Source: Mobula hypostoma (lineage: Eukaryota). From it: DNA of 64,000 bases. Positions within the stretch are counted from its first letter, which is position 1. Each line of letters begins with the position of its first letter. Below the pieces are notes generated by a model, which did no database searches, was not told the DNA's origin, and saw only the letters and a program-made list of their open reading frames with translations. Made by a program: the position numbers and the translations under genes. Of the stretch, positions 50,880-63,369 are shown piece after piece. The stretch spans positions 98,272,001-98,336,000 of the forward strand of contig NC_086097.1 of the NCBI RefSeq assembly GCF_963921235.1, written 5' to 3'.

Positions 50880-52570
50880 GTAGATGATACACAGAGCAGC
50901 CACTGAGTGCCAGTGATGGAGGAAATGAATGTTCAATGTGGCTGATGTGGTACTCTGATGCTGCACTCTGTTATTCTCCTGATATGTGCCTTGCAGATGG
51001 TGGTAAGGCCAGGGATGTCGGGCAGTCGTCACCAATCTCTGAACTGTTCTTGTAGTTAATGGCTGGTCCACTTGAATCTCTGGTCAACAACAAGCCCCAG
51101 AATCTTGACAGTTATGTTACTACCATTACTAGAGTCCTTCTAGTTAGAGACTTTTGTAGTCTAGAAGTTACTTTTCATCTTTTTGTCCATGCCTGAATAC
51201 TGTCTTGGTGTTGTTGATGCTCCAGTTGAAGAATTGTGCATAGACCTGTACAATATGCATTGATACATTTATGAGTGAACATCCTCATTTTAGTCTCATG
51301 ACAAAAGATCACAGATGAAGCAGCTGAATTTGGCTGGCTCAACAACACTCTGAGAACTCCTGCAATTCTGGGTCTGGGATTATTGACCTCTGACAACAAT
51401 CTTATTTTATGCGAGACATTACTCAAACCGTAAGCCTTTTCTCTTTGATGCATACTGGCATAGGTTTTACCGGAGCATATTAATGCTACACTTGATCAGA
51501 TTCTGCATCGATACCACATTCACTTCTAGAATTCAGTTATGACCCACATTTCGACCAAAGCTGTGATAAGGTCCATAGCCAAGTGGTCCTGATGGAAACC
51601 AAACTGGACGTCAGTGGTAAACTATTGAATAATTGTTGCTTATTAGTGTTGCCAATGACAGTTTCCATTACCCCTCTGATTATTGAGGTTGGACTGATTG
51701 GGTGGTAATTAGCCAGACTGGATTTGACCTACTCTCTTTGTCAATGTAATATACCCAAGTAAGCATTCATATTGCAAATGTGCAATTGTACTGGAATAGC
51801 TTGGCAGCAAGCATAGCTGGTTCCAGGTCTTCAGCTGCAACACGCTGGGAAAGGTTTCACTGCTAACGCAATGGTCTTTCTGTAGAAGCCGTGTTTGTGG
51901 TTAGAGATAACAGGTGCTTTGGAATGTGAGTCGTCCAATGAAGGGAGTGCGTTTTCGTGTTGTGTGCCTGACAACGGTGTGAGTTGGGTCTTTTGTTCAG
52001 CGAGAGATGAAGGAAGATGATGCCAGAGAGTGGACCTGGAATGGGGCCATCATTAGACAAAGCCCTGGGAGATCGAAGGAGGATCGATGAAGGGGGAAAC
52101 TGTGTGCACATTAGACTGTTTCATTAAAATGGGCCCTTTTCTTATTTGGCTTTTTCATTACTAACCCTTCAGTTGAATTAAGAATTATAAAGTTAAATTG
52201 TTTAATTGTATGCGGTGTCCTGTCTGTTATTTCATGGTACTGATTTGCAACAGGGTAACGAATCATGCAGGGGGCTTTGGGGTGGGCTTGCGCTTTAATC
52301 TTCCACGCTTGGGGCTGAAGATTGTCTTCTCTAGACTTACGCAGCCGACAGAACTGGAGTGTGTCACAACACTATAGCTGTGATAATGTCTTGTCCCTTT
52401 ACTTTAGCGATACCCCTCTTAACCATTTATTGATATCCTGTGGAAGTAATGGAATTAACAGGAGAATGCCTTCTGTGATGGTGACCATTGCCACTCGAAA
52501 CCAAAGTAGACTGCAAACCCTAGATCTGGACCATTTGTTGTGAGATGACTCAACTGTCTGATGTAACTTC
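50880..52570 (-). mobile_element. Old CR1/L2-group LINE fragment interrupted by a solo LTR
   Basis: LNIHFLHHWHSVAALCIIYKL motif; decayed RT-like sequence on both sides of 51836-52368. Confidence 0.55.
51836..52368 (+). mobile_element. Probable solo LTR (Gypsy-like)
   Basis: TG..CA ends. Internal GGGCCCTTTT..GGTGT..TCTGTTATTTC blocks resemble the reverse complement of the LTRs at 45446 and 47863. Confidence 0.55.
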
Positions 52571-52719
52571 ACTAGGCTAGCACCTATCAAATAGAATAGG
52601 CTTGTCAGTTATTTGATATTCCTCCCATCCTACCCTGTTCATGACTTGCCCAACCAGCAAATTTTCTGTTCTAACAGATGATATATCCAACATAAATTAC
52701 TTCACTTCACAGCATGAAA

Positions 52720-53470
52720 GATTCACTTTGGAAGGTCGAAGCTAAAGGCAGAATACAGAGTTAGTGACAAGATGGATTAGCAGTATGGAGGAACAGAGGC
52801 ATCTTGGGCTCCACATCCACAGATTTTTCAAAGTTGCCACGGAAGTTGATAAGGTGGTTAAGATGCCGTATGGTGTGTTTATCTTCATGAGTTCAAGGGC
52901 CACGAGGTAATGTGGCAGCTCTATAAAACCAAGGTTAGACCACACTTGGAATATTGTGTTCATTTCTGGTTGCTTCATTTTAGGAAGGATGTGGAAGATT
53001 TAGAGAGGGTGTAGAGGAGATCTACCAGGAAGCCATCCAGATTGAAGTTCATGTCTTATGAGAATAGCTTGAGTGAGCTAGGGCTTTTCTCTTTGCAGCA
53101 AAGGAGGATGTGAGGTAAGTTGATAGAGGTGTACAAGATTACAAAGAGATGTAGATCAGTGGACAGCCAGAGACTTGCTCCCAGGGTGGAAAGTGCTAAT
53201 ATGAGGGGCCAGAATTTTAAGGTGATTGGAAATATGGGCAGGGAGCTATTTGCTTTTAAACACAGAAAGTTGTGGGTGCATGGAACACACTACCAGGAGT
53301 GGTGGTAGAGGGAGATACATTAAGGACATTTAGGAGACTCTTAGATAGAACAGTAGACAAATGGAGGGCTATGTGGGAGGGAAGAGTTACATTGACATTA
53401 GAATAGATCAAAAGTATGGCACAACACCATGACTAAAGAACATTCTGTGTTGTAATGTTCTATGTTTTAA
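52720..53470 (+). mobile_element. CR1 LINE 3' fragment
   Basis: AGACCACACTTGGAATATTGTGTT..AGGAAGGATGTGGAAG (RPHLEYCV..RKDVE) plus a CR1 3' tail. Confidence 0.85.
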
Positions 53471-54830
53471 TACTCCAAAACACATTTTATTCTAGTACTT
53501 AATAGATTATTGATTTTCTACTTAAAATGGTCAGCCTAAAAGGGAATTCAGGTATTTAGGTGTTAGTGAATTTAAAGACGACCAGATGCTGAACCATCAG
53601 GCTTTGAATAGTCAGGTAGCACATTATTGTAGTTTAAACTTTGTTTTTCTATTATAGATTCAAAGTACTTCTTGATTTTGCCTTTAAAACAGGCCCCTAT
53701 TGCCCTCATCCGGCCTTTTAATCGTGACACATTTACAATGATGCTTACATTTAACTTGACTCAGTTCTTCCACATTTTCTCTTTTTTTGTGGATTTTTGG
53801 GGACTTCTGATGCTTTCAATGTTTCCTCAATCTTAAGTATGGAAAGCAATAACTTTATTGTTTATACTGTAACCATTTTTGTTTTGTAAGTGACCTTACA
53901 ATTGAAACTTCTGCTCTTTAGAAGCAAGCACTGATCTAAAGTAGCTCTTTGTGAACTTGCCTGTGTTTTCTCTGTCGGGTCACTGGCCAATCGCTCAACC
54001 TAGTTTAACGTTTCAAATTATGTCAAAACCTGGACTTACGCACAGTATGCTTCATCCTTCTCGAGCTCTTTCATGGTGGGTTCATTGACTGCAAGATTAT
54101 TGCTCACCCCCACATTAATTCATTTTGGCTTGTTACTCATTACCAAGTCTAGTGTGGTTTTATCAGTTCAAAAAAGCTTGTTCTCTTTAGACAGCTGCCC
54201 TAAATACAGCCTAGAAATTAATTGGATTTACAATACAAGTTGTCTTCCAGTCTATGCAAAAATTAAAATACTCCATTACAATTTTACTTCAGGGAAACAA
54301 ATAATAAAAGAAAGCTTTTAAATATCTACTGGCAGAAACTTCTAGATTTATTCCCTTTTCACGGACCTTCTGGGTCACAACCTGAAGGTTAAATTAACCA
54401 GTCTCATAACTGTACCCAGAATTCTAACCTAACTGAAACTTGAATTAAATCCACAGGTAGGGAAGAAAATTTAAACCAGTCTCAATCCACTTCATAGTGA
54501 GCAAGAGCCATCAGCACAAAACACCTCCAAATAAGGGAAATGGAAACATTTCTATGTGCTACATTATATCAGTAAACTTGGAGACTGGTAAAACATGTAT
54601 AGGGCGAGTCAAGGATGATTAAATCTATAAATGTACTACTAATGACCAGAAACATCTCCCTCTGTCAGAAACTAGTAAGTATCCCAGTTGTGCAATGAAA
54701 CTCAGAATATATTGCAGTGGACTGTATTTGACAGGTGAATATCTATGGTAATGATCTATAAAATGTAATGTGAAATAGGGAATTAATTTTTCAGGCAAAA
54801 TTGTGCACTGATAAGTAAACTTTTACTTAC

Positions 54831-54888
54831 TTGTTATCATTTGTTCGCTTAATTTCAGATGCAGTCGACAAGGCATCAAGGATCTCCA
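54831..54888 (-). CDS. EXD1: EXD1 internal coding exon (58 nt)
   Basis: ctgtttcag|...|gtaagt. Translates (L)EILDALSTASEIKRTNDN(N), matching the VELLD position of EXD1. Phase 1/2 is compatible with both neighbours. Confidence 0.85.
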
Positions 54889-57800
54889 CTGAAACAGATA
54901 ACATGTACAAGTAGAATCTGATTTTAATGACAGAAGTTATAATTATTAAATCCACTTTAATTAAAAACTGAGATCCTCCATTCTTGATGGTAAATAAAAG
55001 AACTGGAAAGTCAGACTAGGCTCATGTACACAACAGACACGTTGCTCCAAAGTCCATCTTTGCAGTTTATGGCAAACCACTCAAAAGACAGTACATATTC
55101 AAAATTTTTATCCCCAAAGAATGATCAAAGCCCCGAGCCTGTTCTCTGAAAACTGGTGCACAGTAAATCCCAAGCAGCAATAAGTCTCTTGAAAGGGAAG
55201 GATTAAAAAACAATTTGAGAACATACAGCCATTTTGAAAGCTGTATTTTCTGATCAGTCTTCTACATTCTCTTCCAAAAACCATGATGGTATTAATCCCT
55301 ACTCTCATTGGCATTAAAACTTAATATGAAAGCTAGCTCTCAATAAACTGATTTATATTTTTCCCATTAGAGTCTGTCACCTTGTGAGCTTAAAAAGAAA
55401 CCATAATATTACTGAATTCTATGCATCACACCTTCTGTACTTACAAGATGCTTTCATTGCTCACCATCCTACATACTAAGACATACACAGACAACTTGGC
55501 TATGGAGGCCTCAGACCAGTGATGAAGAGTTGCGGTTTATTCAGGCTAATATTAAAATTCAATCAAACTTCCACTCCAAGCTCGCCCACACATGCTTTGA
55601 CCCATAATATCCTCTCCAAGACATTCAGAACTCTGCCATAGTTTTTGGGGTTGAGATTGGGGATGGGGGGATTGCAAGAGAACGCGGCGCTTGCCAGCTC
55701 CACAATGGCAACAGCCTTCAATACCTCACAGGGCCATTTTCAGCGTTTAACTAATGCATTTAATCATTACTGGGAACGTAATTTGTTAATATAATAAAAC
55801 AAAGATTTTCAGGTTTTAATTTAGCAAAAGAAAAACAAAAACAAACATTGTTCTCATTATCTGCAAGAGGTAAGGGCATAATTACGTGGATAATAATACA
55901 CAAAGAACACATGCTAGCTGTTACAGATATTGAAATCAGGTGGCACAGTTATATGGACAAAACAGGTGATAGTGAAATAGCCCAAGCAGGAATCACTCGA
56001 CCAAATGGTGTATGATGTGGAAACTGATCAATGGTTTTTATACTGATAATGATTTTTCTCCATATCAGTTCAAAAATATCTGAGATGGGCCTGGGAGCAA
56101 CCATACCAGTATGTGAATTCATGAACAACAAACCAACAGCTAACAAGGACCAAAAGTACTATGGATCATGGAAATTAAGATATTTAGTTATAAAGCTTCA
56201 TTCTGATTTGATCCAAGCTCAAGGATATTAAATTACAAACTCAATTTAACCTTATACATATAGTTATGTCCCCTTGGGTTTGAATGCATAGTTGTGAAGA
56301 TCTGGGGACAGCTCAAAATCTCAAACCCTCAATTATGCCAATACCATTTAGAAACAGAAAACCTACAGCACAATACAGGTCCTTCGGCTCACAAAGCTGT
56401 GCCGAACATGTCCTTACCTTAGAAATTACCCAGGGTTACCCATAGCCCTTGATTTTTCTAAACTCCATGCACTTGTCCAGGAGTCTCTTTAAAGACCCTA
56501 TTGTATCTGCCTCCACTACCGTTGCCAGTAGCCCATTCCATGCACTCACCACTCTCTGTATAAAAAAACTTACTCCTGACATCTCCTCTGTACCTACTTT
56601 CAAGCACCTTAAACTGTGTCTTCTCATGTTAGCCATTTCAGACCTGGGAAAAAAACCTCTGACTATCCACACAATCAATGCCTCTCATCATCTTATACAC
56701 CTCTATCAGGTCATCTCTGTCCTCCAAGAGTCTTACCATTAATACTATATTCTGCCATTATATTTGACCATCCAAAATGAACCACCTCACACTTATCTGG
56801 GTTGAACCTCATCTGCCACTTCTCAGCCCAGTTTTGCATCCTATCAATGTCCCACTGTAACCTCTGACAGCCCTCCACACTATCCACAACACCCCCAACC
56901 TTTGTGTCATCAGCAGATTTACTAACCCATCCCTCCACTTCCTCATCCAGGTCATTTATAAAAATCACGAAGAGTAAGGGTCCCAGAACAGATCCCTGAG
57001 GCACACCACTGGTCACTGGCCTCCATACAGAATACGACCTGTCTACAACCACTCTTTGCCTTCTGTGGGCAAGCCAGTTCTGGATCCACAAAGCAATGTC
57101 CCCTTGGATCCCATGCCTCCTTACTTTCTCAATAAGCCTTGCATGGGGTACCTTATCAAATGCCTTGCTGCAATCCATATACACTACATCTACTGCTCTA
57201 CCTTCATCAATGTGTTATAGTCACATCCTCAAAAAATTCAATCAGGCTCGTAAGGCATGACCTGCCCTTGACAAAGCCATGCTGACTATTCCTAATCATA
57301 TTATGCCTCTCCAAATGTTCATAAATCCTGCCTCTCAGGATCTTCTCCATCAACTTATCAACCACTGAAATAAGACTCGCTGTTCTATAATTTCCTGGGC
57401 TATCTCTACTCCCTTTCTTGAATAAGGGAATAACATCTGCAACCCTCCAATCCTCTGGAACCTCTCCCGCCCCCATTGATGATGCAAAGATCATTGCCAG
57501 AGGCTCAGCAATCTCCTCCTTTGCCTCCCACAGTATACTGGGGTACATCTCCTCCGGTCCCAGTGACTTATCCAACTTGATGTATTCCAAAAGCACCTGA
57601 AAATCCTCTTTCTTAATATCTATGCTCAAGCTTTTCAGTCCATTGCAAGTCATCTCTACAATTGCTAAGGTCCTTTTCCATAGTGAATACTGAAGTAAAG
57701 TACTCATTAAGTACCTCTGCGATCTCCTCCAGTTCCATACACACTTTCCCATTGTTACACTTGATTGGTCCTATTCTCTCATGTCTTATCCTCTTGTTCT

Positions 57801-58858
57801 TCACATACTTGTAGAATGCCTTGGGGTTTTCATCAATCCTGTCAGCCAAGGCCTTCTCATGGTCCCTTTTGGCTCTCCCAATTTCTTTCTTTGGTACCTT
57901 CCTGCTGGCCTTATAATCTTCTAGATCTCTATCACTACCTAGTTTTTTTGAGCCTTTTGTAAACTCTTCTTTTCTATTTGACTAGATCTACAAGACTTTG
58001 TACACGACGGTTCCTGAACCCTAACATCCTTTCCGTCTCATTGAAACGTATCTACGCAGAACCCCAAGCAAATATCCCCTGAATATTTGCCACATTTCTT
58101 CTGTACGTTTCCGAGAACATCTGTTCCCAATTTATGCTTCCAATTTCCTACCTGATAGCCTCATATTTCCCCCTATTCCAATTAAAAACTTTCCTAACTT
58201 GTCCGTTCCTATCCCTCTCCAAAGATATGGTAAAGGAGATAGAATTGTGATCACCATCTCCAAATTGCTCTCCCTGACACCTGACCAGGTTCTTCTCTGA
58301 ATGACAATAGAAGAGGACTATGTGTCTTCATAATCTAAAAAAAATGCTTTCCTGACTTGTCTGTTCCTATCTCTCTCCAATGCTATGGTAAAGGAGATAG
58401 AATTGTGATCACTATCTCCAAAATGCTCTCCCACCGAGAGAACTGACACCTGACTAGGTTCATTTCCCAATACCAGATCAAGTACAGCCTCTCCTCATGT
58501 AGGCTTATCTACATATTGTGTGAAGAAACCTTCTTGAACACACATAACAAACTCCACCCCATCTAAACCCCTTGCTCTAGGGAGATGCCAATCAATCTTT
58601 GGGAAATGAAAATCTCCCACCACGACAACCCTGTTGTTATTATTATATCTTTCCAGAATCTGAGTCCCTATCTGCTCCTTGATGTCCCTGTTACTGTTGG
58701 GTGGTCTATAAAAAACACCCAGTAGTGTTATTGACCCCTTCCTGTTCCTAACTTCCACCCATAGAGACTCCGTACATAATCCCTCCATGTCTTCCTCCTT
58801 TTCTGCAGCCGTGACACTTTCTCTGATTAACAGTATCATGTCCTTTCCGAAACAGCTA

Positions 58859-60471
58859 CAGGTTTTCCCCACGACCCGAAGGTAGAGCGTTCCTATGAAA
58901 CGGTTCGTAAGCCGGAATGTCGTAAAGTGAAGAAGCAATTACCATTTATTTATATGGGAAAAATTTGTGAGCGTTCGCAGACCCAAAAAAATAACCTACC
59001 AAATCATGCCAAATAACACAAAACCTAAAATAACAGTAACATATAGTAAAAGCAGGAATGATATAATAAATACACAGCCTATATAAAGTAGAAATACTTT
59101 TCTACAATCATTGCCACACTGTTCTCTGTAGCGAAAATCTTGTGCAAGCGCTCTCGGCAGAAACACTCTGTCCAGTAACCTTTAAGCTATGAATCTGCCA
59201 AATCATACAACTAACACATAAAAATACACAGCCTATATAAAGTAGAAATAATGTACAGTGAGGTATCACTTACTGCAATCGAAAAGTCAGTGCCAAGCAC
59301 ACTGATGATGGTGTGTTAGGCTGAGTTGTTGGAGACTGGGGTGGTGGAGTGGTCCCCAACTTCCGGGCAATGAACCGATACCGATCCGTGGAGAATGCAG
59401 CGGTAGCCGGGACGCATCCAGCACATCTTTAAGAAAAAAGCCGAAATAAACAAGCTAATTAATTAGGTGCCGCCCGGCACGTAAATGTCGGCCCAGATCA
59501 GAGGTGACGCAATTGGCAATCACCTCTGATCTGGGCCGACGTTTACATGCCAGGCTGCACCTAATTAATTAGCTTGTTTATTTCCGCTTTTCGCTTAAAG
59601 ATGTGCTGGATGCGTTCCTGCTACCGCTGCAATCTCTGCGGCAATGTATTGATCCGTGGCCCGTGGGTTGGGGTGGTGGGACACTGGGGTGTCATCTCGT
59701 CATCGTTTGTTTCCATCAGGGCAGGCAGGTCATCCTCTCCTATGCCTGCCTGCCTCTATGTCAAAGGTTGAGGTTCATCGTCTGCTGTGGCTCATGTGGA
59801 AGGCTTGAAAAACGACAGCATGCTTGACTGCTTAGCCTCGTGCATTTTCCTATCACACAGTTCTTTGTAAGCACTCAAACCATCCTGCAAATATGCCCTA
59901 AAGCTACGTACCCCTTCAAAATTAAAGTTGTAATTTTCTGCAATCATTGTTGTCAATTGCAGCGAAAATCTCATGCAGTTGCTTCACGTTCAATTCCTGG
60001 ACGACTTCACTTTCGGTCCGTTCGCTACTGCATTTGGTTTCGATTGTTATCCTTTCCTCTTCCAATTGCATCAGCTCTTCATCTATCAGTTCTTGGTCAT
60101 GGGATGCCAAAACCTCTTCAACATCATCTTCATCAACTTCCACAAGCCAAACTCACTTTGTCCTTACTTCATTCACCACGAACGAAACGCTTAATTATGT
60201 CTAGTTTTACGCTAAGTGTAACATCCTTACGAGCTCTTTTAGGCTTTTCCGATACCTTAGAACTCATTTTGCTAACGGCTGCTCACAGGCACGTGTTTAA
60301 GCAATGCCGGCTAGAATGCCGTTCCGGGGCAGGAGCTTGGCTGCTTGGGGCACGCGCTGCCTTTTATCGCGCGCTGCTTTTTTTCGTAACGGTGAAAATA
60401 GGTAACTAATGTAGGTCTTTTCTAACAGTGAGATGTCATAAAGCGAACGTTCGAAAAGCGGGGTACACCTG
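58859..60471 (-). mobile_element. Tigger/pogo deletion derivative (1613 bp)
   Basis: TA|CAGGTTTTCCCC...GCGGGGTACACCTG|TA. N-terminal psq-like MSSKVSEKPKRARKDVTLSVKLDIIKRF joined to C-terminal DEDDVEEVLASHDQELIDEELMQL; the DDE core is missing. Confidence 0.9.
59347..59686. mobile_element. Charlie/MER1-like hAT MITE forming a long hairpin, nested in the Tigger
   Basis: AGTGGTCCCCAAC left end and GGCCCGTGGGTTGGGG..GGACACTG right end; ~115-bp internal inverted arms within 59397-59630. Confidence 0.7.
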
Positions 60472-61512
60472 TAAAGCCTGGCACTCGAAGTAACCATTCC
60501 TGCCCCTGAGCCATTCAAGTCTCTGTAATGGCCACATCATAGCTCCAAGTGCTGATCCATGCTCTAAGCTCATCCGATTTGTTCATAATACTCCTTGCAT
60601 TTAAATAGACACATTTCGAACCATCGGTCTGAGCGCATCCCTTTTCTATCACTTGCCTATCCTCCCTCTCACACTGTCTCCAAGTTTTCTCTATTTGTGA
60701 GCCAACCGCCTCTTCCTCCGTCTCTTCAGTTTGGTTCCCACCCCCCCCCCAGCAATTCTAGTTTAAACTCGCCCCAGTAGCCTTTGCAAATCTCCCTGCC
60801 AGGATATTGGTCCCCCAGGATTCAAGTGCAACGTCCTTTTTGTACAGGTCACACCTGCCCCAAAAGAGGTCCCAATGATCCAGAAATCTGAATCCCTGCC
60901 CCCTGCTCCAATCTCTCAGCCACACATTTATCCTACACCTCACTCTATTCCTATATTTACTGTCACGTGGCACAGGCAGTAATCCTGAGATTACTACCTT
61001 TGTGGTCTCGCTTCTCAACTTCCTTCCTAACTGCCTGTAGTCTGTTTTCAGGACCTCCTCCCTTTTCCTGCCTATGTCGTTGGTACCAGTATGTACCATG
61101 ATCTAGGCAGTTCACTTTCCCACTTCAGGATATCATGGACATAATCAAAAACATCCTGGACCCTGGCACCTGGGAGGCAAACTACTATCTGTGCTTCTTT
61201 CCTGCGTCTACAGAATCGCCTGTCTGACCCCCTAACTATAGAGCCCCCTATCACTGCTGCCATTCTCTTTCTTTCCCTACCCTTCTGAGCCACAGGGCCA
61301 GACTCTGTGCCAGAGGTGCGGCCACTGTTGCTTCCCCAGGTAGGCCGGCTCCCCCTCCCAAACAGTACTTAAGCAGGAGTACTTATTGTTAATTCTGCCA
61401 ATACCATTTAGGGGAAAACAACTCAGTTCTACTCCCAGGACCTCTGACAATGATTGCAAACTGTTTTATTTCACTGAAAATCGAAGTACAAAAGTACCAA
61501 AGAAATACTTAC

Positions 61513-61581
61513 GATTTTTGATCTCATATCCATAAAATATTCTGACACCAGGCAGCTTTAGCTTATTATCCAAATATTCAA
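61513..61581 (-). CDS. EXD1: EXD1 internal coding exon (69 nt), N-terminal Lsm-like region
   Basis: ttatctgcag|...|gtaagt. Translates (x)EYLDNKLKLPGVRIFYGYEIKN(L), similar to recalled vertebrate EXD1 VKNVETGRSVPGVKLFFGHEIVNV. Phase 1/1 joins the 58-nt exon. Confidence 0.88.
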
Positions 61582-62114
61582 CTGCAGATAAAAATCAAAG
61601 AGTTAATTTGGAACCCATCATTTAAGCACATAAAAATAAAACAACGTCCTTAGCATGCTGAACTCCTGAAAATTAGTTGGATACAACAAAGATGCCAAGT
61701 TTCAACCAAGGAGGCAGAAAATATTTCCCCAGAATAATACCAGGGGATAAAGATTTAGTTTGGAGGTGGTGGTCTTGATTTTCCTGAGGGCACAGAGGGC
61801 AAGAGAAAACTCGATGTATGTGTACAAAATCTTGATTGGTACAGATAATGTCAATAGAGGGAAACAGTTTCCAGTAGCACCAAAGGAAAGGTTTTAAAAC
61901 ATGGAGCTAAAGGTACAACAGGGACGCGAGGAAAAACATTTTTATCATTAATATCGCAATTTAGAATTCACTGGTTATAACAGTAATCAAATCAATGTCC
62001 AGCAAAACAAAGTGGACAGCTAAATTATAGACAACTAATAATCTGCAGAGCTTCAGAGATAAAGTCAGCAAATGGGGACAATGGAATTGTTCTCACTGCT
62101 GGCACAGAACTGAT

Positions 62115-62870
62115 GAACATAAGAATAAGGACGAGTAGGTCATCCGGCCCATCGAGCTTGCCCCGCCATTCAATAAGATCATGACTGATCCATCCGTAAA
62201 CTCAGCTCCATCTACCTGCCTTTTCCCCATAACCCTTAATTCCCTCACTATGTAAAAATCTATCTAACTGTATCTTAAATATATTTAGTGAAGAAGCCTC
62301 AACTGCTTCCCTGGGCAGAGAATTCCACAGATTCACCAATCTCTGGGAAAAACAGTTTCTCCTCATCTCCGTCCGAAATCTTCTTCCCTGAATCTTGAGG
62401 CAATGTCCCTTAGTTCTAGTCTTACCTACCAATGGAAACAACTTTCCTACTTCTATCTTATCCATCCCTTTCAAATTTTTGAATGTTTCTGTAAGATCCC
62501 CTCTCATTCTTCTGAACTCCAGAGAGAATAGTCCTCTCCTCAATCTCTCCTCAAAGGTTAACCCCTTCATCTCTGTAGTCAACCTGGTGAACCTCCTCTG
62601 CACTGCCTCCAAAGCCAGTTTATCCTTCAAGTGTGGAGACCAGAACTGCGCACAGTACTCCAGGTGCGGCCACACCAGTACCCTGTACAGTTGCATCACG
62701 ACCTCCCTGCTCTTGAATTCAATCCCTCTAGCAAAGAAGGCCAACATTTCATTTGCTTTCTTAATAACCTGTTGTACCTGCAAGCCAACTTATTGCGATT
62801 CATGAACAAGCACTCCTAAGTCCCTCTGCACAACAGCATGCTGCAATCTTTCACCATTTAAATAATAATG
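62115..62870 (-). mobile_element. CR1 LINE 3' fragment
   Basis: 193-aa open fragment KKANEMLAFFARGIEFKSREV..NLWNSLPREAVEA. Confidence 0.93.
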
Positions 62871-63369
62871 AGCCAAATGGTATCCTTTTGGTATGCTCCA
62901 TCAATTCTACCATTCCAGTTCTTGACTTTCTCAACTAGTTTACCATGCTCGACTCTGTAACCTTTAAAAAAAAACTCATTTGAAAAATTAGTTTAATTAA
63001 ACTCAATTAATTTTTTTAAACTGCTGAGCAGTTATTTGTGTAAACCCTCCTACAGTTGTGATACAACACAAATCTAATTTCGAGCTTATGTCCTTGGCAT
63101 GCTACTTAGTTTCTACTTTGTATCCCACCTACCTTGAGATAGGAGTCAGAATTCTGTTAATCACTATAAAGCATTTTGTGTTTATCACACTGTACTTTGT
63201 GACTATTTTCACTCACAATATTGTAACTTTTCTTTCATAATTCCTAGTGGATAATATTTTTCATAAATAGAACATTTGCCAAAATATGCCACTTACAACC
63301 CCTCCCCCCCATTTAATTTGGTTCATTTTCTCGACAGCTAACAAAACTAAAACTGGTTTCGATGGTGAC

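Larger units (their letters stand above)
56352..61390 (-). mobile_element. CR1 LINE (partial ORF1 and ORF2) with a 21-bp TSD, hosting a Tigger element
   Basis: TSD AATT(A/C)TGCCAATACCATTTAG at 56331-56351 and 61391-61411. ORF1 VHTGTNDIGRK; endonuclease GVFYRPPNS..VVVGDFHF; RT SGVPQGSVLGPLLF. Confidence 0.95.

Noticed and set aside
55949..56146. ORF containing KTIDQF..FG, superficially like the EXD1 IDQ..KFG exon
   Set aside because: The true exon is at 27148-27227 with proper splice sites and order.
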